Assembly: GCA_000146045.2 (NCBI GenBank)
Contig: BK006949.2
Location: 320,001 to 384,000 of the forward strand
Origin: TPA_inf: Saccharomyces
Taxonomy: Eukaryota
Direction of reading: 5' to 3'
DNA length: 64,000 nucleotides
Shown: in pieces, positions 12,100 to 24,000 of the stretch
Numbering within the stretch: the stretch's first letter is position 1
Layout: every line of letters begins with the position of its first letter
Translations under genes and position numbers: made by a program
The notes under the pieces: generated by a model
Seen by the model: only the letters and a program-made list of their open reading frames with translations
What the model was told of the DNA's origin: nothing
The model's database searches: none

Positions 12100-15000
12100 T
12101 CAAACCTGAGGAATATGTATATCTACTTTCTCCCTTTCCTCTTCTTTAACTGGTTCACCACCCTGAAATATACACGCAAAGTCAGTGATGAATGGTTGAA
12201 GCATACTAATTGGAATATTTAGAGTTGGGGAAAACACGATGCATAAATTTCTTAGATTCATCTTATTAAACTTACTATTCTCATTGATCCTTACCAGCAG
12301 TTCAAAAAGAGCATACATCAACGATAGGTTAGCGTGAGGAACTAGGCCAGATTCAATAAGTTCCTTAAACCCCAATGATATTTGAACAGGATTATTATGA
12401 TTTTCATCAACTACTCTTTTAAACGACAAAAATTGTTCGTCACCAAATAATAAATGGGGCAACTTTCTCAAGTACAACTTTAGTAACCCACTTACAGTAT
12501 TCACACCAATGTAAAGACTTGGAGATGCCTCATCATCTTTAGCTTCAATACTTTCATTGTACCGACATAAATCTACATCGTACTCTTTATCAAACCTTTC
12601 TTGTAAAGTTTTGATAACTGTACTGGACCCGCTTAGTCTAAATATGCCTTCTTCCTGGATACCACGGTTTTTGTAAAGATACTCTAAGCAACGATAAACT
12701 ACACTCGGTAAATCGTAAACGTTTTGGTACTTATGCGAACTCAATCTTAAACACGTTTCTAGTGACGAGCCAAATATTGCAGTGGACACATGTGGACCCG
12801 TAGAAGAATTTGACGAAGAGGATACTTCCATTAATTTTTTGCTTGGTGACTTAATGATAGAGTCAGGAGATGTTGGAGAATCCGAATCATTTGAAATTGT
12901 AATACCTATATGGTTCATTGCACTCGCCGGGCCGGTTAATTTTTTAAAAGGGAATAAACTTCTCATTTTGGCTCTCCTACTATCCTTCTCCTCCTCTGCA
13001 TTCCCGCTTGAACTTGCTAGGAAGTTAGAGTGAGAAGATGGGTTTGAGTCAATACCATCGCTATTAGCAATGTTATTGCTACTATTACTAATATTGTTAT
13101 TATTATTATATTCTTGGGTCAAATCAGTGACATATGATGGAGTATCGGTTGCTGAGATAGTTGCGTTTCCAAATTTAGAATGGTGTGTTCCTGCGCTCAA
13201 GTGAGATGCAGAATCAGTATCGTTTGCATTCCTCGAGCTAGATAACGATAAACTTTGTGAAGGATCAATGTAATCACTAAACGCAGAAAGCCATAATTCA
13301 CGTTCCTTCGACGTTTCAGTACAAATATAATACTTTGTTGAGGTTGACAGTCCGCTTTTCTTATGCTCAGTGATCAAAAACCCATTTCTCGTTCCAAATC
13401 TATCTTCAGGGAGATTGGGTATAAGTTCTATAGAAGATTGTCTCAATTTAATAGTTTCAGTCAACTGATTTTTGTCAAACAATTGTAAAACATCATCGCG
13501 CAAAATACCGTACCGAACTCTCCATGTACTATTACCTGTTAGAGTCTTTGGTCTTCTCAGCAAAAGTGATCCGTCTTTCACATTATCATCCATCATTGGA
13601 GGTGTCATTACTGTATCTGTACTAATAAATTGGGCGATTTTTAAACCAACATTTTTGGGAAATTCAGGGACACTGAATATGCTTGTATAATACTGATTCA
13701 ATATGTTCTTTCGCGTATCCACTTTTGTAGGTGATAAAGTCTGAAATAATTGTCTATCAGGTAACGTGGGCAATGGTAAATCGGGAACATGTGATTTCAT
13801 ATATACATCTAATTCGCGAACTTTATGAATAGATTTTGAAAATTTAAACATCTCCTTACCGGATTTCCTGTCTATGATTGCAATTAAAATGGATAAATCA
13901 TCTTCATTATCCCTGTACAATGTGCTCAGTACTTCAATCTGGATAGTGCCAAAATCCTCCGGTTGAACGAATAATGGAATATCCGACTTAAGACTTTGGG
14001 CCACAGACTTCACGGTGCTCACGCTACTTGCATGAGGTCTTCTAAGTGTCTTCAACGAACCTTGGGGTGTTGAGCTAAATGTATTCAAGGTATTGGTTGA
14101 ATGGATGGATGCCGTTTCTCCAAGTTGTTTTTGTTTTGATGAACTTTCCACGGGAGGATTTGGAGGAAGAGAAGCATTTTGACTTGTTGTTGACAATTTT
14201 GTAGAAAGATTGGGGAGTGATGAAGTTAACACAGGTTTCTTTAAATTTTTTGCACTTTGAGCACCAAAATTATCATCCTTTTTATTCAAGATAACCGGAG
14301 AAGCCAAATGGCTTGATAAAGGAGTAGAGTTTTTTATATTTCCACTAGAAGTAGGTGAGAAAAAAGTTGGAGGCGCTGGAGGTGGGGGTAAAGATTCGTT
14401 AATCGTGGATTTTATGGACAGAGGATCTTTACTGTCCGTATTGACTAGATCCTCTTCGCCAAATGAGGAGTCAAGTAATTGGGTGAAGTCGTCAAGTTTT
14501 TCTTTAGATGCTGGAGAGAAACCCAAAGCCTTGTTTTCACCCTCCTTGACTTCCAAAAGGGATGATGGACTTTTGGCTGCTGAAGTAGGAGTTCCAGTAG
14601 TGTATGCAGAGGATGTTATAGAAGAATAAACGCGGTCATTTTTTTGTATCGCGTCATTAGTTAGTTGTTGACTTTTACTTTCAGTCAGCTCATCTAAATT
14701 ATTAGAGGTACTGGCCTTTAATGGAGAATGCAAATGGTTGTTGATAACAGCCGTCATTCTGTTAGGATTTTGAGGGGAACGCAAACGTTCTTGCAATGGA
14801 GATTTCGAACCTTTATTAGGTGATTTTATGGTTATCCTAGACGTCGTATAGGTAACAGAGGCAGCTGGGCTAGCCAACTGTTCTGAATGTATTTTTGTAG
14901 GGCTTGAGACAGATCTATTGATAATTTTGGGAGATGAGAAGCTACTATTTGCTTCTATTTCATCGTTTAGTATCATGTTCTGTAAATGCTTCCTACTTAT

Positions 15001-15486
15001 TGAAGTATTTGATGTAACACCTATTTGAGGTACTGTAGGCGTTACACTTGTTTCAAGTGCAACGTCTGAACCTTGTTGCAATGGAGGGGACAATGTCGGT
15101 ATTGGCAAATTAAGACTCTTGATATGCGCTTTCCTTTCAGCAGATCTTGGGGGTAACACAAATGATTGATCGTTAACGTATGAATCTCTTGAGTCATTTT
15201 GAACTTGCTCAAGCACAACTTCTAAGGAAGCTTCTCTGTTTTTTTGTAACATATCAATAACCTTTTCCAAACTCTCAATTTCAGTTTCATATTCTTGGAC
15301 TTGTAGCTTTAGCTTAATGTTTTCCGTAAAAATTTCATCATAGGACGGATTTCTTTCTTTTCCTGAACATGTTCCTTTTTCTATATGTTCTATAGATTTG
15401 TCCTTTTTGGATCTATGATCATTGTACTGCGCCAACAATTCAAGGGTGGTACTACCACCATGAGTTGTGGTCAAATTATCTGTCAT
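12100..15486 (-). CDS. BEM3: Rho GTPase-activating protein Bem3 (YPL115C), 1128 aa
   Basis: 1128-aa ORF with the ATG at 15484-15486 (MTDNLTTTHGG). It has S/T/N-rich low complexity, a PX/PH-like middle region and a C-terminal RhoGAP domain (GIFRLSGS). Confidence 0.9.
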   Translation of the reverse strand: MTDNLTTTHGGSTTLELLAQYNDHRSKKDKSIEHIEKGTCSGKERNPSYDEIFTENIKLKLQVQEYETEIESLEKVIDMLQKNREASLEVVLEQVQNDSRDSYVNDQSFVLPPRSAERKAHIKSLNLPIPTLSPPLQQGSDVALETSVTPTVPQIGVTSNTSISRKHLQNMILNDEIEANSSFSSPKIINRSVSSPTKIHSEQLASPAASVTYTTSRITIKSPNKGSKSPLQERLRSPQNPNRMTAVINNHLHSPLKASTSNNLDELTESKSQQLTNDAIQKNDRVYSSITSSAYTTGTPTSAAKSPSSLLEVKEGENKALGFSPASKEKLDDFTQLLDSSFGEEDLVNTDSKDPLSIKSTINESLPPPPAPPTFFSPTSSGNIKNSTPLSSHLASPVILNKKDDNFGAQSAKNLKKPVLTSSLPNLSTKLSTTSQNASLPPNPPVESSSKQKQLGETASIHSTNTLNTFSSTPQGSLKTLRRPHASSVSTVKSVAQSLKSDIPLFVQPEDFGTIQIEVLSTLYRDNEDDLSILIAIIDRKSGKEMFKFSKSIHKVRELDVYMKSHVPDLPLPTLPDRQLFQTLSPTKVDTRKNILNQYYTSIFSVPEFPKNVGLKIAQFISTDTVMTPPMMDDNVKDGSLLLRRPKTLTGNSTWRVRYGILRDDVLQLFDKNQLTETIKLRQSSIELIPNLPEDRFGTRNGFLITEHKKSGLSTSTKYYICTETSKERELWLSAFSDYIDPSQSLSLSSSRNANDTDSASHLSAGTHHSKFGNATISATDTPSYVTDLTQEYNNNNNISNSSNNIANSDGIDSNPSSHSNFLASSSGNAEEEKDSRRAKMRSLFPFKKLTGPASAMNHIGITISNDSDSPTSPDSIIKSPSKKLMEVSSSSNSSTGPHVSTAIFGSSLETCLRLSSHKYQNVYDLPSVVYRCLEYLYKNRGIQEEGIFRLSGSSTVIKTLQERFDKEYDVDLCRYNESIEAKDDEASPSLYIGVNTVSGLLKLYLRKLPHLLFGDEQFLSFKRVVDENHNNPVQISLGFKELIESGLVPHANLSLMYALFELLVRINENSKFNKMNLRNLCIVFSPTLNIPISMLQPFITDFACIFQGGEPVKEEEREKVDIHIPQV

Positions 15487-15952
15487 TGCGTGCTGTTAGT
15501 TGAGTGTGAGTTTATTCTAGAATATACACACAGATACTCCTAGCAGCCAGTGTTTCAACAAACGTGATGTTGTATATGCCTGATGTAATCACGAACTCGA
15601 ACAAAAGGCAAAATGGTAGAAGGCAAGGACAAAGAAGAAAAGAGAAAAAACTTCCAGATACAAAGCTAACACACAAAGGTAAACGGTGATTAAAATGGAT
15701 ATATCGTTGATGTATTTAACAATCTTGAAAAATTCCGTTTAAAAAACATACCAATACGCGCAATAAAAACGGTTCTTATCTGGTACTTTACCTAGTCAGA
15801 CGATTATTGTTCTTTATAAAACGGCCGCGTTTTTTTTCCAACATCACCGCCGCCATATAACTTTCGACATTCTTAGAGTTGTGGTATAAAGAGCAATGCA
15901 TATACGTATGTAATCCTAATTGAAATGCTATCTTTGTAACATAATGAATGGT

Positions 15953-17143
15953 TCAGTTGAGCACATACTTACCATCACCTCCCTCGACAAATATGTCCTG
16001 CACATTCTCGAGTGTGATGAGTGTCTGCTTTATGACCATGTCGGCAACTGTGCTGCCGATATGTGGCAAAGCTGTAACATCCCATCTGCGAAGTAACTCT
16101 TGCTTAACGCGTGTTTCCTCATTTTTAAACACATCGAGACCACAGCTTGCCACTTTTCCAGATTCAAGAGCGTCTAGTAGCACATCTTCATCTATGCATG
16201 TGCCTCTCCCAACGTTAACTATCCTGACACCATCTTTACACCAGGCCAAACTTTTACGATTGATAATATTGTTTGTAGAGGCCGTACTGGGCAAGGCCAA
16301 AATGATCAAATCCGCATTCTTCCAAGTATTTGGATCATCTAGATCAGAATGGTACTTAGCGTTGTAATCAAGTAGACTCTTTTGGACGGGACCGGTCCTT
16401 TTGTAGTATTCAATGCTCATGTTGAACACTTTGTGCAAGTTAGACCCTATATTTTGTCCGATGGAGCCAAACCCCAATATTAGAACTTTTTTATTCATTG
16501 GAGATTCCATTTTTTTCCCGCCAACCGTGTACTTTTCTGCTAAATGTACCACTTTCCTATCCTTGTTAGGCTTGCATTTGTCTGTTCGAGAGGGAAATTT
16601 CATTTCCTGACCGTGGTAACTATCTGTAACAATTTCATACGAGTCACTAGAGATATATTTCTTACACTGTTCAACATTACCATTTTCCACGTATTTAAAA
16701 CAATATTCCCAAAATGAAGTCATTCTAAAGCAGCTAATTGCTAGGAAAATAGCCAATTCTGTGACATGGTCAGCAGCATGTGGTCCAATGTTGCATAAAG
16801 TGATACCTTTCGATCTTAATAACTTACCGTCAATAAAGTCACAGCCGACCCATGGTACAAGGATTACTTTTAAAGATGCGGGGAAGAATTCAATATAACT
16901 CGAAGGGTTTCCTAACACAGTGAAAAACTCCTCAGTGAGCCAAAAGCCGTTTATTCTATGAGTTTCCAAAAATTTAACAAAATCATCCTTTGTGGACATC
17001 TCATATTTATAGAATTCTACCCTTTCTGCCAGTTTGCGATATTCAGGAAGATGACTGGCGACTTCCCATTGGGTTTTATAAGGCACCAAAATTCTTGGTT
17101 TGGCAGAATAAGTTACATCTGCTATGTCAATTGAAGTAATCAT
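15953..17143 (-). CDS. Putative glyoxylate/hydroxypyruvate reductase in the D-isomer-specific 2-hydroxyacid dehydrogenase family (YPL113C), 396 aa
   Basis: 396-aa ORF with an NAD-binding Rossmann motif (VLILGFGSIGQNIG). It lies between BEM3 and PEX25. The dubious ORF YPL114W overlaps it on the opposite strand. Confidence 0.8.
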   Translation of the reverse strand: MITSIDIADVTYSAKPRILVPYKTQWEVASHLPEYRKLAERVEFYKYEMSTKDDFVKFLETHRINGFWLTEEFFTVLGNPSSYIEFFPASLKVILVPWVGCDFIDGKLLRSKGITLCNIGPHAADHVTELAIFLAISCFRMTSFWEYCFKYVENGNVEQCKKYISSDSYEIVTDSYHGQEMKFPSRTDKCKPNKDRKVVHLAEKYTVGGKKMESPMNKKVLILGFGSIGQNIGSNLHKVFNMSIEYYKRTGPVQKSLLDYNAKYHSDLDDPNTWKNADLIILALPSTASTNNIINRKSLAWCKDGVRIVNVGRGTCIDEDVLLDALESGKVASCGLDVFKNEETRVKQELLRRWDVTALPHIGSTVADMVIKQTLITLENVQDIFVEGGDGKYVLN

Positions 17144-17435
17144 TGTTATTTAAAGGTTGCTACTTTTGTACACTCAAGTATTTTTCTGTATTTGAGAGAG
17201 AGCTATTTGTACTCCACACTCCACCTTTTAGATCTGCGTCAAAGTGTCAGAATAAACATACCGTAAAACGGAATGACTACCGCCACCCCAATGACATAAA
17301 AACGGAAGAAAAAGAGCAAAAACCGAGCGCCAAACTATCTTATTCAACGAATCAAATAACAATACAAATGCAGAGGTAAAACATTATTCGCCACATATAT
17401 ATGTACATATCTATATGTATACATATTTTTATATA

Positions 17436-18620
17436 TCAATCTTTTGAAGAGCAAAGTGACCTCTTTGTTGTTATCCAAAGTTTAACCAGTCCAGTTAAGC
17501 CGGATCCCAGGGACAGAACGGCATACGTTCCCTTTGGAGTTTTTAAATTTAGAATATCTGATGTATTAGCCATGCAATCAAACGATAATCTTGCAATATC
17601 TAAATAAACAAGTGTCTTTTCATCCTTGATGGCCTTTAGTTGTTTGTGTATTAACACCTCTGCGTCGTTATTAACATTTAGGTCATTTAACAACTGTTTC
17701 CTAATTGGCGATTGTGAGCCATCGTCTTTATGGGCCTGATGCATCAGTATGGGTGAGAGTAGTAACGCGTTATTTTGAACTTTTAGTTGCACTTCCAATT
17801 CTAATTGTCTCTTCTGTAAGCTTTGCAGGTTGAGCCAATGGTCCTTCAAGCTTAAAAGAATGTCGTATTGCCATGCAAGAGACTCTTGTCTACTGACAAA
17901 GGAATAGAATGATTTATTTGTCCATATTTTCAATTTGTATAGCAAGTCTAATTCATCAAAGATACCATAATACAAGTCCAAAAATTCTCTCAATGAAGCT
18001 TCATTAAACCATATTTTCTTAATTTGGTCAATTTGAAAGTTGCACTTTCTGGTTTTATTGAATTTCCCCAAGAAACTGCACACTCGGAATGGTGTGCCGC
18101 CAAACCTTAAAATATATCTAAAAGTACTTAATTGTTGACTGATAAAATCAATTTTCTTGTCAAAATTTCTCAAAAGAGACAGGAGAAGTACTTTAATTAC
18201 CGTGATTGGATGCCTTAGTGCGACTTTTACAGTCAGATTTTTCAAAATCTTGGTATAGTACGTTAATACGGAAGGGTCCAAAACAGTTAAATTTCGCTTA
18301 GACTTTTCGATAAACAGTTTTAATATATCCAGAGCGTATTTGATAATTTTGGCTAATTTGTCTCTACCAGATAGAGAATCCAATATATATTTTAAGATGG
18401 TAATATTATCCACCATCTTTGTTTTTGCTTGAGAATCCTCATCATCACTTCTCGAGGATTCAGTATGCGACTCGCTTCCACTGCCTGCACTGAACTTCTC
18501 TGCACCGGCGTCTGATGAATGTGGATGGGTATTGTCATCCTGGGCGTCCTGGTAACTTGCCCCAGAATAAGGTGGTGTTTCTGAACCGGAAACGATATCT
18601 GTCGTGCCAAACTGACTCAT
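17436..18620 (-). CDS. PEX25: Peroxin Pex25 (YPL112C), 394 aa
   Basis: 394-aa ORF (MSQFGTTDIVSGSETPPYSGASYQD). Position and length match PEX25. Confidence 0.8.
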   Translation of the reverse strand: MSQFGTTDIVSGSETPPYSGASYQDAQDDNTHPHSSDAGAEKFSAGSGSESHTESSRSDDEDSQAKTKMVDNITILKYILDSLSGRDKLAKIIKYALDILKLFIEKSKRNLTVLDPSVLTYYTKILKNLTVKVALRHPITVIKVLLLSLLRNFDKKIDFISQQLSTFRYILRFGGTPFRVCSFLGKFNKTRKCNFQIDQIKKIWFNEASLREFLDLYYGIFDELDLLYKLKIWTNKSFYSFVSRQESLAWQYDILLSLKDHWLNLQSLQKRQLELEVQLKVQNNALLLSPILMHQAHKDDGSQSPIRKQLLNDLNVNNDAEVLIHKQLKAIKDEKTLVYLDIARLSFDCMANTSDILNLKTPKGTYAVLSLGSGLTGLVKLWITTKRSLCSSKD

Positions 18621-18783
18621 TGTTTTACGACCAGTTTCTATAGGTGAAGACTTACAGGGAAGTTGAGGATATCGACTCTATTTGTTACTTTCTCCAGCAT
18701 ACAAATTACCGATGATTCTGAGAAGAAAGAAGAAAAACGTATTTCAAAAATTATATAACCTGAAATAATAAGCCCAATCCCAC

Positions 18784-18806
18784 CGGAATTTCATATACTA
18801 TCACCG
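18784..18806. promoter_or_regulatory. Oleate-response-element-like CGG-N17-CCG palindrome upstream of PEX25
   Basis: CGGAATTTCATATACTATCACCG lies about 165 bp upstream of the PEX25 ATG. It fits the loose Oaf1/Pip2 pattern CGG-N15-18-CCG but not the stricter CGGNNNTNA half-site. Confidence 0.25.
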
Positions 18807-18834
18807 ACCTGGAAAAAAAATGAAGAGTAAAAAG

Positions 18835-18840
18835 AAAAAA
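18835..18840 (-). terminator. Pol III terminator T-tract downstream of tRNAi-Met
   Basis: On the minus strand, the sequence immediately 3' of the tRNA reads AAATTTATTTTTTCTTTT. A T6 run lies 7 nt after the tRNA end, and a T8 run lies further downstream. Confidence 0.7.
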
Positions 18841-18847
18841 ATAAATT

Positions 18848-18919
18848 TAGCGCCGCTCGGTTTCGATCCGAGGACATCAGGGTTATGAGCCCTGCGCGCT
18901 TCCACTGCGCCACGGCGCT
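18848..18919 (-). tRNA. Initiator methionine tRNA (anticodon CAT), an IMT-family gene
   Basis: The minus-strand sequence is AGCGCCGTGGCGCAGTGGAAGCGCGCAGGGCTCATAACCCTGATGTCCTCGGATCGAAACCGAGCGGCGCTA. It is 72 nt and identical to yeast tRNAi-Met. It has the CAT anticodon, internal A box (TGGCGCAGTGG) and B box (GGATCGAAACC). It is not followed by an encoded CCA. Confidence 0.95.
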
Positions 18920-19787
18920 GCTAAATCATGTGAGTTTAGCGCGTACCGAGCAAATTCACCAAAATATTTACATCCAATTTGCTCCCCTCACTCTTCCCCG
19001 ATGTCGGTTGTGATTACTGCTACGCATGGCGACTCTTAATTTCTTTCAGGTATAGTAACATTTACTCCTTTAAGTAATTGTCTATTTTTCCTCGACACTG
19101 TATGTAGTTACCTTTCAAGGAAGCTATTCCAATACCATCGTGAGAAAAACTCTATTGGATACTTCATCTAGCTCGTATATATGCTTTTTAAACTTTATAC
19201 CAAACCGTGTAGGCAAAACTGGACCGCCCGGTAAGTTCTGCTATTAACAAATTAAATAAAATTGGCCAAACTGAGGATTGACAGTTCTGAATATCCAAGA
19301 TTACTGACTTCAATTTTCTCACTTCTCATCATAATATTCCGCTGATTTTTACATACCGTATATCCAATTTACGGCCCTTCACATATAGCGGCGAAATGAT
19401 GGTAAAGCTACGCATACTGTCTGACAGGACCCTATTCTAGCAACCTTACATGAAACAAAAACAAACAACATCACATCATACGGATGAACTACGGGTGCAA
19501 TCCCTGACTCATCAATGTTTATCATAAACTTAGATATCAACACTGATAAACCCCACCTCTATTTTTACTGGTTCTTCACTTTTTCGATGCCGCACCGTCG
19601 CCCGCGATCCCCGCCCTTTGATTGCTCCTTCCATTAACAGTTTTTTTCTATCCCTTACAAGAAGCCGAGACGCCGCGAAAATATCGGCTAGTGCGAATAG
19701 TCTCTAGCTCTTGCCCTTCGCAAAGCACCGTGCTGCTAATGGCAATCAACAGCGCATCGCCGCTCGCTGAATTTTTCACTTAGCGGT

Positions 19788-19818
19788 AGCCGCCGAGGGG
19801 TCTAAAGAGTATATAAGC
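19788..19818 (+). promoter_or_regulatory. CAR1 URS1 (Ume6 site, AGCCGCCGA) followed by a TATA box
   Basis: TAGCGGTAGCCGCCGAGGGG contains the canonical CAR1 URS1 at 19788-19796. TATATAAG is at 19810-19817. They lie 125-155 bp upstream of the CAR1 ATG. A GC-rich region upstream (19560-19790) holds additional UAS-like elements. Confidence 0.75.
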
Positions 19819-19943
19819 AGAGCTTGCGGCCCACTTTCTATCAAGATCTAAGACTGTTTCTCTTCTCTTGGTCTGTATATGTTTTCTCAAAGTTAGCAGA
19901 AACAACAACAACAACTATATCAATAACAATAACTACTATCAAG

Positions 19944-20945
19944 ATGGAAACAGGACCTCATTACAACTACTACAAAAATCGCGAATTGTCCATCGTTCTG
20001 GCTCCATTCAGCGGCGGTCAGGGTAAGCTTGGTGTCGAGAAGGGCCCTAAATACATGCTTAAGCATGGTCTGCAAACAAGCATAGAGGATTTGGGCTGGT
20101 CTACGGAATTAGAGCCCTCAATGGACGAGGCCCAATTTGTGGGAAAGTTGAAAATGGAGAAGGACTCCACAACTGGGGGTTCCTCTGTTATGATAGACGG
20201 TGTCAAGGCTAAAAGAGCAGATTTGGTTGGTGAAGCCACCAAGTTGGTGTACAACTCCGTGTCGAAAGTGGTCCAGGCGAACAGATTCCCCTTGACCTTG
20301 GGTGGTGATCATTCAATAGCCATTGGTACTGTATCCGCGGTTTTGGACAAATACCCCGATGCTGGTCTTTTATGGATAGACGCCCACGCTGATATAAACA
20401 CCATAGAAAGCACCCCCTCTGGAAACTTGCACGGCTGTCCCGTGTCATTCCTAATGGGTTTGAACAAGGATGTCCCACATTGTCCCGAGTCGCTCAAATG
20501 GGTTCCAGGCAACTTGAGCCCAAAAAAGATCGCGTATATTGGGTTGAGAGATGTTGATGCCGGAGAAAAGAAAATCTTGAAAGATCTGGGTATCGCCGCC
20601 TTTTCCATGTACCACGTTGACAAATACGGCATCAACGCTGTCATTGAAATGGCAATGAAAGCCGTGCACCCAGAAACAAACGGTGAAGGTCCCATTATGT
20701 GCTCCTATGACGTCGATGGTGTAGACCCATTATACATTCCTGCTACAGGTACTCCAGTGAGAGGTGGGTTGACCTTGAGAGAAGGTCTTTTCTTGGTGGA
20801 AAGATTGGCCGAATCCGGTAATTTAATTGCGCTAGACGTTGTTGAATGTAACCCTGATCTGGCTATTCATGATATCCATGTTTCAAACACCATCTCTGCA
20901 GGTTGCGCCATTGCAAGGTGTGCATTGGGTGAAACCTTATTGTAG
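19944..20945 (+). CDS. CAR1: Arginase Car1 (YPL111W), 333 aa
   Basis: The first ATG is at 19944 ([28 protein letters not shown]). Arginase Mn-binding motifs are present: [17 protein letters not shown] and SYDVDGVDP. The track ORF carries a 40-codon non-ATG extension. Confidence 0.92.
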   Translation: METGPHYNYYKNRELSIVLAPFSGGQGKLGVEKGPKYMLKHGLQTSIEDLGWSTELEPSMDEAQFVGKLKMEKDSTTGGSSVMIDGVKAKRADLVGEATKLVYNSVSKVVQANRFPLTLGGDHSIAIGTVSAVLDKYPDAGLLWIDAHADINTIESTPSGNLHGCPVSFLMGLNKDVPHCPESLKWVPGNLSPKKIAYIGLRDVDAGEKKILKDLGIAAFSMYHVDKYGINAVIEMAMKAVHPETNGEGPIMCSYDVDGVDPLYIPATGTPVRGGLTLREGLFLVERLAESGNLIALDVVECNPDLAIHDIHVSNTISAGCAIARCALGETLL

Positions 20946-21067
20946 TTTATATCATCATCCCTTTTATCAAAATAAGCATTCTCTTTTTATTTTAGTTAAG
21001 CACATGCATACATAAATTTACGAACAAAAAAAGAAAATAAATTAAAAATAAAAGTAGTGTATCTTCG

Positions 21068-24000
21068 TTACTTTTCATTCTTTTTGGTTAACCCACGTCT
21101 AATTGCCAATACACTATCGACGATCACGGCATCTACACCTGCTTCAATTTGTATACTGGCATTTTCGGGATCATTGTTGTCCACACCGTAAGTGACACAT
21201 ACCAGCCCATTAGACTTAACCACTTGCACCAACCGTGGGGCCTTTAAAATGGGTGCTGCAGCAGATACAATCCCCAATAAATTCCACTTCTTAGCAAATC
21301 TTATACCGTTTTGTAACGATGAGGCTCTCAAATCGGCCATCTGTTCACTTCCACCTTCCGTCAGGAACAAGATCGGAATAACCGGTTGCTTTAACGAAAG
21401 CATGATGCAAATATCCGGATGAAATGACGAAAAAATGATGTCCCTACCATTCGCATTGTCAAAAACTACTTTTAACACGGTGTCAACCCAATGGTTCATT
21501 TCCATCATTATTTGCCCTAACTCTTCCTCTTCTGCCTCATCAAGCATGGGAAACTTACATTCTATGTTAAACCCAACGTTGGCAGGGATTTTCTTGAATA
21601 GTTCTTTCAAGGTAACAAATGATGAAGCTATTGAATGTCCTCTAGCGTTTCCCTTAAAATTGTTCTTTTTAAATGTTTTGGTTAGCCTCATTCGATTGTC
21701 AGACCAATGAGCATTGTTGGACTTCCCATTCGGGTCGTTGTCGTGTAAATCCCAAGCTCTCCTCAATGTACTAACGTCTGAATCATCTACCGAACGCCCT
21801 CTATATTTTTGTAGTGCTGTATCTGCTCCATTTACATGATGAGGTGAGTGACCTGCTCCACGTTGAATGTGCTCTTTATCGGCATTGTTCAAATCTAAAA
21901 ACTGTTCCAGCGTCAATTCATGCATGGGGATATCGACACCTGTTTCAGCTACGAGAAAATCGTGATATACCACTGGTACGTTATCCTTCGTCAACTGAAC
22001 ATCAAACTCTACATACGATGCTCCCAATGAGGCTGCCATGATGAAAGACTCGACTGTGTTCTCTCCAATTTGTAATGATTTATTAGGATTATTTTTACCC
22101 AGGCCTCTATGTCCTATAACACGAGTGGACACTAAGGATTTCCAGTACGTTTCTGTTCTTTCTAAGGGCAGTTGTGGATGTTCAAATGGTGTGATAATAA
22201 TATATTCAAATTTCAGCGTCCCAAGTATCTCCAGTGTATGATTAGCGATGATGGGGACCGTCACGCTACCATTTAATATACTTCTATTAACTCCCACTGA
22301 GCTGTACGACTTATTCAACATGGAAACACCCCTTGCCATTACGTAATTATTGTTATTTTTTTGACAATCTATTCTATTATGGGTCTCCAACGAGCGTGTT
22401 CCATATGTTGGCACAATATCAAAATATAATGTATGAGAATAATCAACTTTGAAAGGCACTTTGAAGTCTACTGCGTCCACATTATCATCTAATGGTAAAT
22501 CTAAGATTACAGAAGATTTATCAATTGAATCATTGCATGAAATTACTAACGATAATGCACAATCTGTTTCCAACCCAATAACTTTTGCTAGTGCTTCCGA
22601 GCTTAATGAAATTGAAGGGCTTTTGTTTCTTGTGTCATTACTTCCCAATGTTATTAGTATAAGTGATTCATTATTATCCAGGAATCTGTGTCCATATGAC
22701 TTTATTGGTCCGGCCAGTTTTCCCAAGGACCCTTTATTACCTCCGTTTCCATTTTCATTTCTCTCATTTAATTCTCCGGCACTAATTTCGTTTAGTGGTT
22801 CTTTCTCTTCGCTACCACTGTTCAACTGTGAATGGGGATGCGTGACCAGTTCGTCTCTGATTTGAACCATATCAGCAATGTGCAAATGACCGCGCAATAC
22901 CGCGTGCTCCATCGGCGTCCACCCACCTTCATCTTCAATATCAAAGTTCGCGTTGTTGGCTATCAAGAGCTTTACAATGTCCGTAAACCCTTCTGCTGCT
23001 GCAACGAAGATAGCTGTCCAGCCAAAAAGTTTTTCTCTTATTTCAAGGTCGGCTCCATTGTACAACAAACACACAGCAGCTTCGAAAAAATTTAATCTAC
23101 AAGCAAGATATAGCGGTGTTTCATGTAATTCGTTGTCTTGATAATTAATATCAAACCTTTTTGATGATAGGAGAACATGTAAAAGGGGATAGTTATTCCA
23201 CTCAGTGGCCAAATGTAACAAACTTGAACTTTTTAATTTCACGTTCGGATCCAAAGATTGCAATAAGACTTCTGTTGTTTTGGGATGAGCACCCAACACA
23301 CATAAATGTAAAGGTGTCAATGATTCGGCATCTCCGAACGCGGAAACGTCATCAATAGGGATTTCATTCCAGATATTCCATTCTTTCATTAACTTGATAA
23401 TCAACTTCGTAACTTCAGATAAGCCATACTGGCAAGAATAATGCAAGGGCGTTCTCTTGTAATTATCATGCTGAAAAAGGCATGGTCTTAAATGAATTGG
23501 TAACTCCTCTAAAATATAAGAGAGTGTACAGGCCGAACTTTTTTCCTCCTCTGTAATGCTATCTGATTCTGCCGGGGCAGATAGGGTCGTATGCAGGGTT
23601 CTTAAATCTGTTACAATTTCTCCCTCACTATTAGTATATTTTGAGGGTTGTGACTTCTTTTTCCTACTTAAAATTTCCTGTTTTCTGATTAACTTCCCGA
23701 TTGCAATTATGTGATGATGGAAAAAATTTCTTCTGTTAATATCTTCCGAGTCATTTAGAGACGGAATAACCTTTAAGATAGCATCAATACATGCCAGTGA
23801 TTTAGACAGTGCTGCCTTGTTTAAAACACTTATCATAATTCTTGTTGGAATCAAAGACAATTCCGAATATAGGTTTGTTAGCTCTCTAATCAATCCTTTG
23901 CTATCATCTTCTTCTATAAAAACGCAAATAATCTTAAAGAATTCTGTATTATCATTAGCATTTGCGTTCGGCGAGGTACTCCTCATTACTCTCTCGTAAG

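Noticed and set aside
15948-16367. 139-aa plus-strand ORF overlapping YPL113C. It corresponds to the dubious ORF YPL114W.
   Set aside because: It is entirely antisense to the conserved dehydrogenase YPL113C. It has no domain and is not expected to encode a protein.
18920-19820. Expected Ty LTR (delta, sigma or tau) upstream of the tRNAi-Met gene
   Set aside because: No TGTTG...CA LTR termini and no sigma or delta consensus stretches were recognisable. The region reads as unique sequence that merges into the GC-rich CAR1 UAS region.
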